A stretch of DNA of 64,000 bases, taken from an uncultured Bacillus sp. GTDB lineage: Bacteria > Bacillota > Bacilli > Bacillales > Cytobacillaceae. The DNA lies in NCBI GenBank assembly GCA_963530265.1, contig CAUSCO010000026.1, forward strand, positions 5,138 through 69,137, written 5' to 3'. Below are positions 9,390 through 20,001 of this stretch, piece by piece. The notes beneath the pieces were generated by a model. That model was not told the origin of the DNA. It saw only the letters and a program-made list of their open reading frames with translations, and did no database searches. The first letter of the stretch is position 1. Every line of letters starts with the position of its first letter. The position numbers were made by a program, and so were the translations under genes.

Positions 9390-9417
9390 AATATTTTCCT
9401 CTTTGCTTACATACAAT
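9390..9417 (+). promoter_or_regulatory. sigmaE promoter
   Basis: aATAtt-N14-CATACAAT, near-consensus. Confidence 0.65.
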
Positions 9418-9448
9418 GGAATATATGTTCGTAAAGGAGGCGGGGATA

Positions 9449-9853
9449 TTGGTACTTAACAATGATTCCTTGATCACAGGTGAGATGTTAGTCAGGTATT
9501 ACGAGCTAAGTAAACAGAAAAAAGAAATTGAACTGGAAATGAATCAATTAAAGGATAGTTTTCATACGTATTTTAATCATTTAGTGGGGTCTAATCATAA
9601 AGGTGAGATTACCATTAGCGGTTACAAGCTGCAACGACAAATTCGAAAAACAGAAAAATATAATGAGGAAGAAACCGTAAACACATTAGAAGAATTACAC
9701 ATGCATGACCTCATTCACATTGTAAAAAAGCCGGATGAAGTTAAAATAAAAGCTGCTCTTCAATTAGGATTATTAAATCAAAATCAGTTAGAGGGCTGTG
9801 TCACGACAATGTTTTCCCCTGCTATATTGGTAAAACCATTAACCCCTAGATAA
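9449..9853 (+). CDS. hypothetical protein with N-terminal coiled coil
   Basis: AAGGAGG RBS before TTG 9449; the ORF-track ATG at 9416 lies within the promoter -10. Confidence 0.7.
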   Translation: MVLNNDSLITGEMLVRYYELSKQKKEIELEMNQLKDSFHTYFNHLVGSNHKGEITISGYKLQRQIRKTEKYNEEETVNTLEELHMHDLIHIVKKPDEVKIKAALQLGLLNQNQLEGCVTTMFSPAILVKPLTPR

Positions 9854-9901
9854 ACAATTCCATTAACCCACATCTTTGAATTGAAGATGTGGGTTAATTT
9901 G

Positions 9902-10264
9902 TTAAATTTCAGATGATTTCCCAATATAATGGATAAAATCTGATTTTTTTAGAATAAAACAAGTACCATCCTCTGCAAAGTATAAATATTCCCCATGCTC
10001 TACATTAAAATGGACGTTCTTTTTATCATAGATTAATCTCTTTACCTTAACAAATTGGTCGACTAATTCATGTGCAGGGTTAAAAATAATCTCGTTATTA
10101 TCATTTGTGGTGACAAAGCCCTTTGGCTCGTTCCTCCGATCGGGTCTTACTTCAGTTGCCCACGTCCCATTAAGGAGAACGGTTCCTGCAGTAACCCTCG
10201 ACTTTCTGCTTTGAATGGACCATAACTTTCGACAATTACACCGATGTATTTTGAATTTCACCAC
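9902..10264 (-). CDS. hypothetical protein with N-terminal HRCNC motif
   Basis: AAGGA RBS before GTG 10264; shares a hairpin (9864-9898) with the convergent gene. Confidence 0.65.
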   Translation of the reverse strand: MVKFKIHRCNCRKLWSIQSRKSRVTAGTVLLNGTWATEVRPDRRNEPKGFVTTNDNNEIIFNPAHELVDQFVKVKRLIYDKKNVHFNVEHGEYLYFAEDGTCFILKKSDFIHYIGKSSEI

Positions 10265-10442
10265 TTGATTCCTTCTTTCTCTGATGAGATGGCTTGAAAA
10301 ATTCAAAATATAATTACTTTAATTGTATTATCAGTTTGACAAATTTATTAGTAGTAGACTACCTGCCTCTAGAATTTTGATTCTAAAGAAATAAATGGTA
10401 CAATCACCAATGATTACAAAATAATCTAAGGGAGATGTGTCT

Positions 10443-10874
10443 ATGTCCGTTGATGTTTATTTTATTTTTAATGGGAACACCCGTGAAGCTGTAGAGTTTT
10501 ATGCAGATGTTTTTGGCACTGAAAAACCAAAAATAATGACGTTTGGAGAAGCACCTCCTAATCCGGAATATCCGCTCCCAGAGGAAGCTAAAAATTTGGT
10601 CATGCACGCTAGGCTAAATATTGATGGAAGCAATGTCATGTTTTCAGACAACTACCCTGGTGCACCGTTTGAGACAGGAAGCAACATCACTCTAGCCATA
10701 ATTAATAAGGACCAGGATAAAATTACAACCTACTTTAATAAGCTAAAAGAAGGCGGTAAAGTTGTAATGGAGCTCCAAGAAACCCCTTGGAGTAAATGCT
10801 ATGGCCAAATAAAAGATAAGTTTGGCATTGAATGGCAGTTCAATCTTGATAGTGGAGAAAATTTAATGCAATGA
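10443..10874 (+). CDS. VOC/PhnB-family protein
   Basis: Y..FNGN.REA..FY, VMHA, D.FG..W motifs. Confidence 0.9.
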   Translation: MSVDVYFIFNGNTREAVEFYADVFGTEKPKIMTFGEAPPNPEYPLPEEAKNLVMHARLNIDGSNVMFSDNYPGAPFETGSNITLAIINKDQDKITTYFNKLKEGGKVVMELQETPWSKCYGQIKDKFGIEWQFNLDSGENLMQ

Positions 10875-10922
10875 AAAAAAGGAAGTGGAATCCGTCTAAG
10901 ATGATTCCACTTCCTTTTAATG

Positions 10923-11447
10923 TTAAGCCTCAATAGGTTGATCTTGAGGAACAGGGACTTCGTCTTCTTCCCAGCCTTTGCATACATCTACCCACTCTTT
11001 AGCAAAAGAATATTGAAATAATTCTTCCTTGGTTAACTCAATTGCAGAGTTTGAGCTGCCACAAGCAGGGAAAAGAGTTTCGAAGCGATTCATGGAGACA
11101 TCCAGGTAGACTTCAAGGTCATTTTTCAAACCAAATGGACAAACACCGCCAATCATGTGTCCTGTTTGATCAAGCACTTCATCTGGTGAGAGCATGCGTG
11201 CTTTAAACCCAAAGGTATGACGAAACTTCTTGTTATCAATCTTTGCATCTCCAGCGGCAACAATCAGGATAGCCTTTTCCTCAGCTCCTCTGAAGGATAA
11301 TGTCTTTGCGATTCGTGCAGAGCTTACGCCAATGGTTTCTGCAGCTTGATCCACCGTTGCACTGGATGTTTCAAACTCCATCACATCTACTTCTCGATTC
11401 CATTTTTGAAAATGAGCTTTTACACTTTCTAATGACACCTTATTCAT
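10923..11447 (-). CDS. YbaK/EbsC aminoacyl-tRNA deacylase-like protein
   Basis: IAKTL, TGH.IGGVCPFG, PACGS. Confidence 0.9.
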   Translation of the reverse strand: MNKVSLESVKAHFQKWNREVDVMEFETSSATVDQAAETIGVSSARIAKTLSFRGAEEKAILIVAAGDAKIDNKKFRHTFGFKARMLSPDEVLDQTGHMIGGVCPFGLKNDLEVYLDVSMNRFETLFPACGSSNSAIELTKEELFQYSFAKEWVDVCKGWEEDEVPVPQDQPIEA

Positions 11448-11694
11448 CCTTTCCCTATTGGTATTATTAAGAAAATAATAACATACGGTAAAGGGATAAA
11501 GCGAACAGATAGCTTAAAAACCTAGAAGACCAGAGACTATAATGATGTTTCAACTGGTAAAGCTTGTCCTTAATGTTTATTTTTGCAATAAGCATTGGTA
11601 TACACAATTATAAAAAGAAATAAAAATTAATGCTTGTATCTTTTATCATGATGAAAAAAAGCAGCCCATCTTATGTGATGGCCTGCCTATGTTT

Positions 11695-12417
11695 TTATTC
11701 TTCTCCAAGGTCAACGTTATGGTAAATTCGTTGAACATCCTCTAAATCATCTAATACATCAATCATTTTTTCAAACTTCGCTTTAGCTTCATCATCAAGA
11801 GTAATTTCATTTTGTGGAAGCATTGTTAATTCAGCAACGGTAAATTCACTAATTCCAGCTTGTTTGAAAGCTTCCTGCACCGCATGAAATTGGTCAGGCT
11901 CCGCATAAACAATCACGGAATCTTCTTCTTCAAGGATATCTCGAACGTCTACATCTGCTTCCATTAAAAGTTCAAGCACTTCATCTGCTGTTTTCCCTTC
12001 TAACCCGATAACAGCAGTTGCATCAAACATATACGCTACAGAACCACTTACTCCCATGTTCCCGCCATTTTTACCAAATGCAGCACGGACATCTGAAGCT
12101 GTACGATTTACGTTATTTGTCAGTGCATCAACGATGACCATCGAACCATTAGGTCCAAATCCTTCATAACGAAGTTCAGTATAGCTTTCTTCTGAACCGC
12201 CTTTTGCTTTTTCAATCGCACGATCAATAATATGTTTTGGTACATTGTAAGTTTTTGCACGCTCAAGGACAAATTTTAACGCCTGATTTGATTCTGGATT
12301 TGGGTCACCCTGTCTTGCTGCAACATAAATTTCAACTCCAAATTTAGCATAAATACGACTCGTATTTGCATCCTTTGAAGCTTTCTTTTCTTTAATATTG
12401 TTCCACTTACGTCCCAT
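11695..12417 (-). CDS. YebC/PmpR-family protein
   Basis: [32 protein letters not shown]. Confidence 0.95.
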   Translation of the reverse strand: MGRKWNNIKEKKASKDANTSRIYAKFGVEIYVAARQGDPNPESNQALKFVLERAKTYNVPKHIIDRAIEKAKGGSEESYTELRYEGFGPNGSMVIVDALTNNVNRTASDVRAAFGKNGGNMGVSGSVAYMFDATAVIGLEGKTADEVLELLMEADVDVRDILEEEDSVIVYAEPDQFHAVQEAFKQAGISEFTVAELTMLPQNEITLDDEAKAKFEKMIDVLDDLEDVQRIYHNVDLGEE

Positions 12418-12698
12418 TCTGAACACTCTCTTTCTACTTTTGAATCTTTCCAAAATCATTATACTGAAAAATGTTGTTTCAATAACATTTTTTCACCATA
12501 ATGATTTTGAAGTAATGGACATTTCTGCTAACTAGAACACAGCTCGAATGAATAGTCTGTCTTCATGCACAAATAATATTATACATTAAAAGTTGCATTT
12601 GTTAAGTATCCTCTTATTCAAATATGGTGAAAGTATACGAAAAATATTTTTTACCCTTAAAAAGGACCATTCCAAATCTATTGGATGGTCCTTTCTCA

Positions 12699-13964
12699 CT
12701 AAACCAGCATCTGAAATAGTGTGCTATCATTATTTAATTCCCTGTGTAAAAATCCTTTTGCCTTAATCCGTTCAATTAATGGGAAGTAGTCTTCTTTATC
12801 CTTTAATTCAATTCCAACCAAAGCTGGTCCTGTTTCTCGATTATTCTTTTTCGTATATTCAAAATGGCTGATATCATCATTGGGTCCGAGAACATCAAAA
12901 AGGAATTCACGTAAGGCTCCTGGGCGCTGTGGAAATTGAACAATAAAATAATGCTGCAGTCCTTCATAAAGCTTGGAACGCTCTTTAATTTCCTGCATCC
13001 GTCCGATATCATTATTGCCGCCACTAATGATACATACAACCGTTTTCCCTTTAATTTCATCTGCATAAGTATCTAAGGCCGCAACAGATAATGCCCCTGT
13101 TGGTTCAACTACAATCGCATTTTCGTTATACAGTGATAAGAGAGTAGTACAAACTTTTCCTTCTGGAACAACAATAATATCGTCAACAATTTCTTGGCAA
13201 ATTGTAAACGTTTTGGAACCAACCGTTTTCACTGCTGCACCATCAACGAATGGATCAATTTCCTTTAATGAAGTCACTTCGCCTTTTAAAATCGATTCTT
13301 TCATTCCTGGTGCACCTTGAGGCTCAACACCAATTAGTTGCGTTTGCGGAGAATAGTGTCGTAAATAAGTCCCGACTCCAGCAAGAAGACCACCCCCGCC
13401 AATTGCAGCAAATAAATAATCGATTTTTTCAGAGCAATCATTTAGCAGTTCAACCGCAACCGTTCCTTGACCAGCAATTACATCATAATCATCAAAGGGG
13501 TGGATAAATGTACGATTTTCAGCTTGACAGCATTCCATTGCTTTTTCATAGGCATCATCAAAGGTATCTCCCACTAAAACAATTTCTACACTTTCTTTAC
13601 CCCAAAATTTAACTTGATTCACCTTTTGTTTCGGGGTCGTGCTTGGCATAAAAATCTTCCCATGAATATCTAACAGGTGACAAGAATAAGCAACACCTTG
13701 TGCATGATTACCTGCACTGGCACAAATAATGCCGTTTTTTAGCTCATCCTCATTTAACTTTTTGATGCGGTTATAGGCTCCGCGAATTTTAAATGAACGA
13801 ACGCTTTGCAAATCTTCCCGTTTTAAGTAAACATGGCAATCATATCGTTCCGACAATAATTGATTGTATTGCAGGGGAGTTGGCGAAATGACATCCTTAA
13901 TATTATGACTGGCAATAATAACATCCTCTGCATTAAACACTTTCTTATCGACTTGTTGACTCAT
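12699..13964 (-). CDS. ilvA: biosynthetic threonine dehydratase
   Basis: PLP-Lys motif SFKIRGA, ASAGNHAQG, ACT-like C-terminus FPQRPGAL; GAGGAGG RBS. Confidence 0.95.
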   Translation of the reverse strand: MSQQVDKKVFNAEDVIIASHNIKDVISPTPLQYNQLLSERYDCHVYLKREDLQSVRSFKIRGAYNRIKKLNEDELKNGIICASAGNHAQGVAYSCHLLDIHGKIFMPSTTPKQKVNQVKFWGKESVEIVLVGDTFDDAYEKAMECCQAENRTFIHPFDDYDVIAGQGTVAVELLNDCSEKIDYLFAAIGGGGLLAGVGTYLRHYSPQTQLIGVEPQGAPGMKESILKGEVTSLKEIDPFVDGAAVKTVGSKTFTICQEIVDDIIVVPEGKVCTTLLSLYNENAIVVEPTGALSVAALDTYADEIKGKTVVCIISGGNNDIGRMQEIKERSKLYEGLQHYFIVQFPQRPGALREFLFDVLGPNDDISHFEYTKKNNRETGPALVGIELKDKEDYFPLIERIKAKGFLHRELNNDSTLFQMLV

Positions 13965-14050
13965 TTTCACGTTCCTCCTCAGGTTTCTTACCATTTTCAA
14001 TTTGTTGAATCTTTCACATTGCAGCTAATTTTTAAGTTTAATAAACACAC

Positions 14051-14310
14051 AAAAAACCCGCCCCATGGTTATAGGGACGAGTTAGCTCGCGTTACCACCC
14101 TACTTCCGCAACTAAATAACAGCTGCGGCTCTCGATCAACGTACATCTTTCTCGTACGTGGTCCCTGTTAACGGCGGACTTTCCGGTATAGCTTACTTCA
14201 GGGTTCAGCTATACATCTCGGAGATGATCTTCAGATAGTCTTGTTATCGACTCCCACCACCCGTCGACTCTCTATAAACAACGAACATTTCCTACTCTTC
14301 TCGTCATCAA
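14051..14310 (-). ncRNA. T-box riboswitch with Ile (AUC) specifier
   Basis: AGAGA and GGUG-type stem I motifs, GAAGAUC specifier, T-box AGGGUGGUAACGCG, terminator ...ggggcgggUUUUUU; TTGACA promoter at 14354-14359. Confidence 0.92.
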
Positions 14311-14425
14311 TTTATATCTAATTTTAAATAAGGTTACCACCGAAAAAAAACTCTGTCAATATATTTTGATAATTATAACTTTTTGGTCAATTTTAAAACG
14401 CTTTCACGGTAAAAATAGGAAAAAT

Positions 14426-14438
14426 GGTGCCTGTCACC
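14426..14438. repeat. REP-like palindrome, copy 2 (GGTGCCTGTCACC)
   Basis: Same core as 9340-9352, also preceded by aaat. Confidence 0.55.
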
Positions 14439-14588
14439 GTTGCTACTATTCCCCCTATTGATAACCATTTAATATCTATTTTCTCACGTATAAATCATTA
14501 AACTATTCATTTCTAATGTCATTTATCTCTATCTAAGTGTTATAATAATTAGAGTAGTTATAAAATTCTGATATCCATAAGGGAGAGA

Positions 14589-15116
14589 ATGTACATAATG
14601 AAGATTCCTTATAATGGTAAAGCACCTGTGATTCATGAATCCGTCTTTGTTGCACCGGGTGCATATTTAATTGGAGATGTTCAAATTGGTAAGGATTCGT
14701 CGGTTTGGTTTAATGCTGTGGTACGTGCTGATGACGGACCGATTATAGTTGGCGAAAGATGCAGTATCCAAGATAACTCCACTATTCATTTATTCGAAGG
14801 ATTTCCTGTCGTCATTGAAGATGATGTCACGATTGGCCACAATGTTATTTTGCATGGCTGTAAAGTTGGAAAAGGCTCTATCGTTGGAATGGGATCAACG
14901 CTGTTAGACAATGTTGAGGTTGGCGAGGAATGTATTATTGGAGCTAATACGCTGCTCGCAGGCGGAATAAAAATTCCGCCGCGCTCACTCGTTTTAGGTT
15001 CTCCAGGAAAAGTGGTTCGGGAACTAGTTGAAAAAGATTTCCAGTTGATGCAAATGTCTAGCGAGCACTATGTACAAAGGGGCAAAGAATTTAGTGAAAT
15101 CCTAAAATCTAGGTAA
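14589..15116 (+). CDS. gamma-carbonic-anhydrase family (YrdA-like) hexapeptide protein
   Basis: IGDV.IG..SSVW, IQDNSTIH, TIGHNVILHGC. Confidence 0.9.
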   Translation: MYIMKIPYNGKAPVIHESVFVAPGAYLIGDVQIGKDSSVWFNAVVRADDGPIIVGERCSIQDNSTIHLFEGFPVVIEDDVTIGHNVILHGCKVGKGSIVGMGSTLLDNVEVGEECIIGANTLLAGGIKIPPRSLVLGSPGKVVRELVEKDFQLMQMSSEHYVQRGKEFSEILKSR

Positions 15117-15253
15117 ATGTCACCTTCGTGAAATCAGCTTTCATAAACATTTTTATAGCCTCTCCCCTTTTCAAGGGAGAGGCCGAATTTTGCATAAAAT
15201 TCATTTAAATTTACATAATATAATTACCGTTTATTCCTCTATTGCTTTTACTA

Positions 15254-16582
15254 TCATGAATGCTTATTTAAAGCACCCGTTTTAGCCGGAATGAAAAAGC
15301 TCAATACAACAGTAACTAAACTCAAACAAAAGGCATAAAGAAACACATTTTTCATCCCAATGGAAATGTTTGCAGCATGATTAATGAGTAATCCCATAAT
15401 AGTAACGCCAATGGATGTTCCGATATTTCTTAGAAATATTTGAAGCGATGTCGACATTCCCTTGATATGGGATTCAGCGAATTCTTGCGATGCGATCGTA
15501 CCCACTGCAAACAATAGACCAAAGGCAACACCCTGAACAATCAAAATCAGAAACAAACCTAGATAAGAAATATTATCGATAAATAAATAAAGTCCTAATC
15601 CTGATACAGCAGTTATAAAGCTGCCGATAATAAATAAATCTTTATAGCCAAAGCGAATGATCCACTTTCCTGCGGGTGTACTGCCAAACATCCACCCAAC
15701 TGCGATACTTAATAAAATCAAGCCGCTTTTATAAATACTCATATGGTTTGCTTCTTGTAAATACAACGGAATGAAGTTCGAGGTACCGAAAAACGATAAA
15801 CAATAAAATAGCATGAATAGATTTGTCATAAGAATCCCTTTGTTCTTAAACAAGGAAACAGGAAGAAATGGTTCCGTTTCTTTTCTTTCTACTAAAAGAA
15901 AAACGATTAAACCAATCAGACCAATCACAACGTACCAAATAGGATGAGTAACATTGGTCGATAACAACAATAATGTAATCGAGATTCCGAATAGGAAGAA
16001 TCCTTTATAATCAATATGAGTCTTTTTAAACTCAGTTTTTTCCTGATAAGGCATTAAGCACAACACAGTAGCAATGCCGATTGGGATATTAATAAAGAAA
16101 ATCCATCTCCATGTTAAAGCTTCAACAAAAAACGATCCTAATACAGGACCAACAATGGAGGAAATGGCCCAGATTGAACTAAAAACTGCTTGGATTTTCC
16201 CCCGTTTTTCGATTGTGAACAAATCTCCGACGATAATCATGGAAAGTGGAACCATCCCACCTGCTCCCAGGCCTTGGATTCCTCTAAATACAATTAGCAT
16301 TACCATTGAATTTGCCAGTCCACAAAGAATTGAACCCGCAGTAAAAAAGCCCACCGCAATCATTAAGAGTTTTTTCCGGCCATACATATCAGACAACTTC
16401 CCGTAAAGTGGAACTGTTACAGTACTTGCTAACATATAGACAACAAAAATCCAGGCAAACAAGTTCATACCGCCCAGCTGTTTCACAATCGTTGGACTTG
16501 CTGTCTGCATTATATTGGCATCCAAAGCCGAAATTAGTGTCGTAATCACAAGTCCCCAAAATACATATCTATTTTTCCCCAT
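15254..16582 (-). CDS. MFS drug:H+ antiporter (DHA2-like)
   Basis: GKLSDMYGRK motif A, RGIQGLGAG, WRWIFFINIP. Confidence 0.9.
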   Translation of the reverse strand: MGKNRYVFWGLVITTLISALDANIMQTASPTIVKQLGGMNLFAWIFVVYMLASTVTVPLYGKLSDMYGRKKLLMIAVGFFTAGSILCGLANSMVMLIVFRGIQGLGAGGMVPLSMIIVGDLFTIEKRGKIQAVFSSIWAISSIVGPVLGSFFVEALTWRWIFFINIPIGIATVLCLMPYQEKTEFKKTHIDYKGFFLFGISITLLLLSTNVTHPIWYVVIGLIGLIVFLLVERKETEPFLPVSLFKNKGILMTNLFMLFYCLSFFGTSNFIPLYLQEANHMSIYKSGLILLSIAVGWMFGSTPAGKWIIRFGYKDLFIIGSFITAVSGLGLYLFIDNISYLGLFLILIVQGVAFGLLFAVGTIASQEFAESHIKGMSTSLQIFLRNIGTSIGVTIMGLLINHAANISIGMKNVFLYAFCLSLVTVVLSFFIPAKTGALNKHS

Positions 16583-16809
16583 ATTACCCTCCTAAGTTGA
16601 AGACTTCCTTTTTTTTACAGGTTTGTTTTCACATAGTTACTATTATAACAAAATATCAAACTAATGTTTTAAAAAGTTAATTCGAAATGGGCGATTGTAT
16701 CCTTTTAAAATGACAAATGCCCCAACATTGTTGGGGCATAATTACAATTTATAAATCTAATTAAGCTAATGAACATGACGATTTATACTATTATTTCGAT
16801 ATAATATTC

Positions 16810-18051
16810 TTATTGATGTAAAGGCTCTAACTTTAATAACGGCTGTGTAATGGTAGGTAAGATAATTTCAATCGTCGTTCCTTTATTTACAATACTATTA
16901 ATAGTTAGTACACCTCTATGACTTTCTATAATTTTAAAGCAGGTCATCAAGCCAAGACCTGTTCCTTTTTCCTTCGTAGTGTAAAAAGGTTCTCCAAGTG
17001 TTGAAATTCTTTCTTTCGGAATTCCTACTCCTTGATCAATAATCTGGATAAAAATTTCCCCTTCTCCCTTTCTCGTGACTTTTACATCAATGGTTCCACC
17101 TTGTGGCATGGCTTCGAATGCATTTTTCAATAGGTTTAAAAATACTTGTTTTAACTGGTTCTTTTCACAGCTGATCATCGGCAAATCCTGGTCAAAATCA
17201 ACAGCAATCTCAACACTATTTAAAATAGATTGCGTACCAATTAAGGTCACGACATCCTTTATTAATACTGTTATATCTTGCTCCATATAAACAGCCGCAG
17301 TGGGTTTAGAAAGCACGAGGAATTCTCCAACAATTGCGTTTATCCGCTCCAGCTCTGATAGCACAATATCAAAGTATTCGTCTTTTTGTTGGTTGGCCTT
17401 GAATAGCTGAATGAATCCCTTAATCGATGTAAGTGGATTTCTGATTTCATGGGCTATTCCTGCTGCCATTTGTCCTAATAATGCCAGCTTTTCTGATTTT
17501 TGCATCAACTGTTCGGTTTGTTCTTTTCTTTCTGTAATGTCCTTTCCAATTGACAGGACAGCCTCATTTCCGCCAAAAACGATATTTAAGGAAGACACTT
17601 CAAAAAAGAAAGTGGATTCATCTAATCGTTTTGCTTTGTATTCAATCGTGTTTACGGGTCGCTTCTCTTTTTTAATTTGCTTAAATCGTTCCATTAAACG
17701 TTCCTTATACTCAGGGACAATAAACTCAAATATGTATTTACCGATTAAATCTTCTTTATTTTCCGACCCAATTATACTAGCAGCGGCATTATTAACATAA
17801 AGAAACTTATGATTCCGTGTAATATAAACTGGCTCAGGTAGTGAATCTATCAGTATCTTATAGCTTTCTTCGCTAGCCCTTGCCTTTTTTTCGAAGTATC
17901 GAGCCTTATCATATTGCCATCCGACAACCCAGGCGATGAGAGTAAAAATAATAAAGTCGATGGTAAAAAAAGCGTGATGATCTACAATCTTTTGGTAGCT
18001 AGTAAATACTATCGAAATGAATACCAGAATAATTTGACCTGATCTATTCAT
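16810..18051 (-). CDS. membrane PAS histidine kinase, sporulation-kinase-like
   Basis: 2 TM segments, PAS domain, AAGIAHEIRNPLT H-box, QVFLNLLKNA, EPFYTTKEKGTGLGL; no cognate response regulator nearby. Confidence 0.88.
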   Translation of the reverse strand: MNRSGQIILVFISIVFTSYQKIVDHHAFFTIDFIIFTLIAWVVGWQYDKARYFEKKARASEESYKILIDSLPEPVYITRNHKFLYVNNAAASIIGSENKEDLIGKYIFEFIVPEYKERLMERFKQIKKEKRPVNTIEYKAKRLDESTFFFEVSSLNIVFGGNEAVLSIGKDITERKEQTEQLMQKSEKLALLGQMAAGIAHEIRNPLTSIKGFIQLFKANQQKDEYFDIVLSELERINAIVGEFLVLSKPTAAVYMEQDITVLIKDVVTLIGTQSILNSVEIAVDFDQDLPMISCEKNQLKQVFLNLLKNAFEAMPQGGTIDVKVTRKGEGEIFIQIIDQGVGIPKERISTLGEPFYTTKEKGTGLGLMTCFKIIESHRGVLTINSIVNKGTTIEIILPTITQPLLKLEPLHQ

Positions 18052-18097
18052 ATAATCCCTCTTAAATGCTAATTTCAAAATAATCCTCAAAGAGTGT

Positions 18098-18124
18098 ATT
18101 CGACAAAAATCTTTGTTTTCCTCT
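18098..18124 (-). promoter_or_regulatory. sigmaH promoter overlapped by a Spo0A box
   Basis: agAGGAaaacaaagatttttgtcGAAT; TGTCGAA at 18099-18105 overlaps the -10. Confidence 0.65.
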
Positions 18125-18262
18125 TTTATTCCCTAATAATCTATTTTTATGTCATATAAAACAAAAGTAGCCTGATATTCAAGCTACTTTACTCTTTTTT
18201 CTTGTCTATAAAAGAACAAAAAATATTCAAATAGTTTTTGTTCGTATCCTTTAATTTACCTT

Positions 18263-19144
18263 TTAAAATGAATAGAAATCCATTGACTTTAGGAAATCTC
18301 CCATGATAAATAAATATTCTTCTGTCTCCTCAATATATGCCATATGGGCACTGTGCTCAAACACATGGAATGATGAATTCGGTGTCAAACTGCTATAATA
18401 CTCAGTACTCTCAGGCGTAGCTTCATCAAACCGACCGCATGTAAAAAGGATTGGGCAAGTAATTTCTTTTAATTCTGTTGTACAGTCAAATTCTCTTAGG
18501 TTGCCAAGGACTGTGAATTCTGAAGGCCCCCACATAATATTATAAATTTCAGAATTTCGATACTCTGGTGGTTGCTGTTCTAGCCATTCAGGTTTATGTT
18601 CTAATCTGTTGACAAAATGTTTATTAAATACTTCAATGGCCGCCTCAAATTCTTCTGAATCTGTTGTTCCATTCTCTTCACACCGTTTAATGGTTTCTTG
18701 TACGTCTATTGGCAGCTTCTTGAGGTTTTTCTTTTGGTCTTTTTCCCATAAAGGTGCGCTTAAGCAAGGACTTGAAAAAATGACACTTTTTACACCGCTT
18801 GGCTTGGTTAAACAATAGGCAGCAGCAAGTGTAGTTCCCCAAGAATGACCAAGAATATGTACTTCATCAAGTTCAAGTGCATCTCGTAATTGACCTAATT
18901 CCTCAACAAATCGTTCAATACGCCAAAGACTCGTGTCAGTTGGCCGTTCAGATTTTCCACATCCTAATTGGTCATATAAAATAACCGGCCGCTCATTAGC
19001 AAGAGCCTTCAACACTTGTAATGAATAACACGATGATCCTGGACCACCATGTAAAACAATCACGGGTGTACCCTTGGCATTTTCACCAAATTGCTGATAC
19101 CAGACCTTCCCCCCAGTTACATCTATATATCCTTCACTAGTCAT
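18263..19144 (-). CDS. proline iminopeptidase-family alpha/beta hydrolase
   Basis: HGGPG, YDQLGCG, GHSWG nucleophile, MWGPSEF. Confidence 0.92.
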   Translation of the reverse strand: MTSEGYIDVTGGKVWYQQFGENAKGTPVIVLHGGPGSSCYSLQVLKALANERPVILYDQLGCGKSERPTDTSLWRIERFVEELGQLRDALELDEVHILGHSWGTTLAAAYCLTKPSGVKSVIFSSPCLSAPLWEKDQKKNLKKLPIDVQETIKRCEENGTTDSEEFEAAIEVFNKHFVNRLEHKPEWLEQQPPEYRNSEIYNIMWGPSEFTVLGNLREFDCTTELKEITCPILFTCGRFDEATPESTEYYSSLTPNSSFHVFEHSAHMAYIEETEEYLFIMGDFLKSMDFYSF

Positions 19145-19393
19145 TTTTAACTCCCCTTACATAAATTTATTTCTGATGAGTTTATCCTTTTTTTTCCCGC
19201 AGTGCAAGCCAATTAACCATCCTCCACCTGCATTTTCCCCTTACTTGTATTAAAAATAAGTACTTATACCATTCTATAAATGATTGAAAATACTTTTGAA
19301 TAATAGGCGGAAAGGTATTTTGAAATGATACAAGTTAGATTTAAAAATAACATCTTGAAATTTTATGAAAACCGCTAAGGAAGTAGGATTGTC

Positions 19394-19771
19394 ATGAGGG
19401 ATAACATTATTGAAGTAATTGACCAAAATCTAAAGAGGCAAATCCAGGAAGAAATCAGCGGCATGACCTTTACGAGAAATTTTCGCTCACCATCCGCAGA
19501 AGAGTGGTATATATTTTTACCAAATTTTAAAGACCCTTTAACGGGCGGGGCAGCAGGCAAAACGATTATTCATTACAACCTTTTTGATACAAAGGAGATT
19601 TTTATTAATACGACGATTATCTTTGATGATCCCTTGTTACACAAAAAGGAGTCTCACCATCTTGTTTACGAAATAGCAGATGAGATTGTGAACCGTCTGG
19701 TTGGCTATGCGGATACCCTTTTATCTGTTCATGCGGGTGAAAACTCCTACAATGCCGAATACAAGCAATAG
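19394..19771 (+). CDS. hypothetical protein
   Basis: 125-aa ORF with AGGA RBS; no family recognised. Confidence 0.6.
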   Translation: MRDNIIEVIDQNLKRQIQEEISGMTFTRNFRSPSAEEWYIFLPNFKDPLTGGAAGKTIIHYNLFDTKEIFINTTIIFDDPLLHKKESHHLVYEIADEIVNRLVGYADTLLSVHAGENSYNAEYKQ

Positions 19772-19854
19772 AATGTTAAAAAGAAGTGGGCAACGCCCGA
19801 ACTTGGTAATAAAACCTAACCATTTTACAAACGATAAGGGTGGAGGTGAAGAAA

Positions 19855-20001
19855 ATGAAAAAAGATTACAACGAAAATAACGGGACAAACAATGAAGAAA
19901 TAATGAATAGAGTAAATCAGACCTTTGATAAAATTGCAGAAGATGTAAAAGACATGATTGATAACAATGGTGAGGCATCTAATCAGGACCAGTACTCCTA
20001 A
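19855..20001 (+). CDS. small acidic Asn-rich protein (48 aa, below the ORF-track cutoff)
   Basis: GGAGGTGA RBS; MKKDYNENNGTNNEEIMNRVNQTFDKIAEDVKDMIDNNGEASNQDQYS; terminator directly after. Confidence 0.65.
   Translation: MKKDYNENNGTNNEEIMNRVNQTFDKIAEDVKDMIDNNGEASNQDQYS

Noticed and set aside
13860..14171. 103-aa plus-strand ORF
   Set aside because: Antisense to ilvA and its T-box leader
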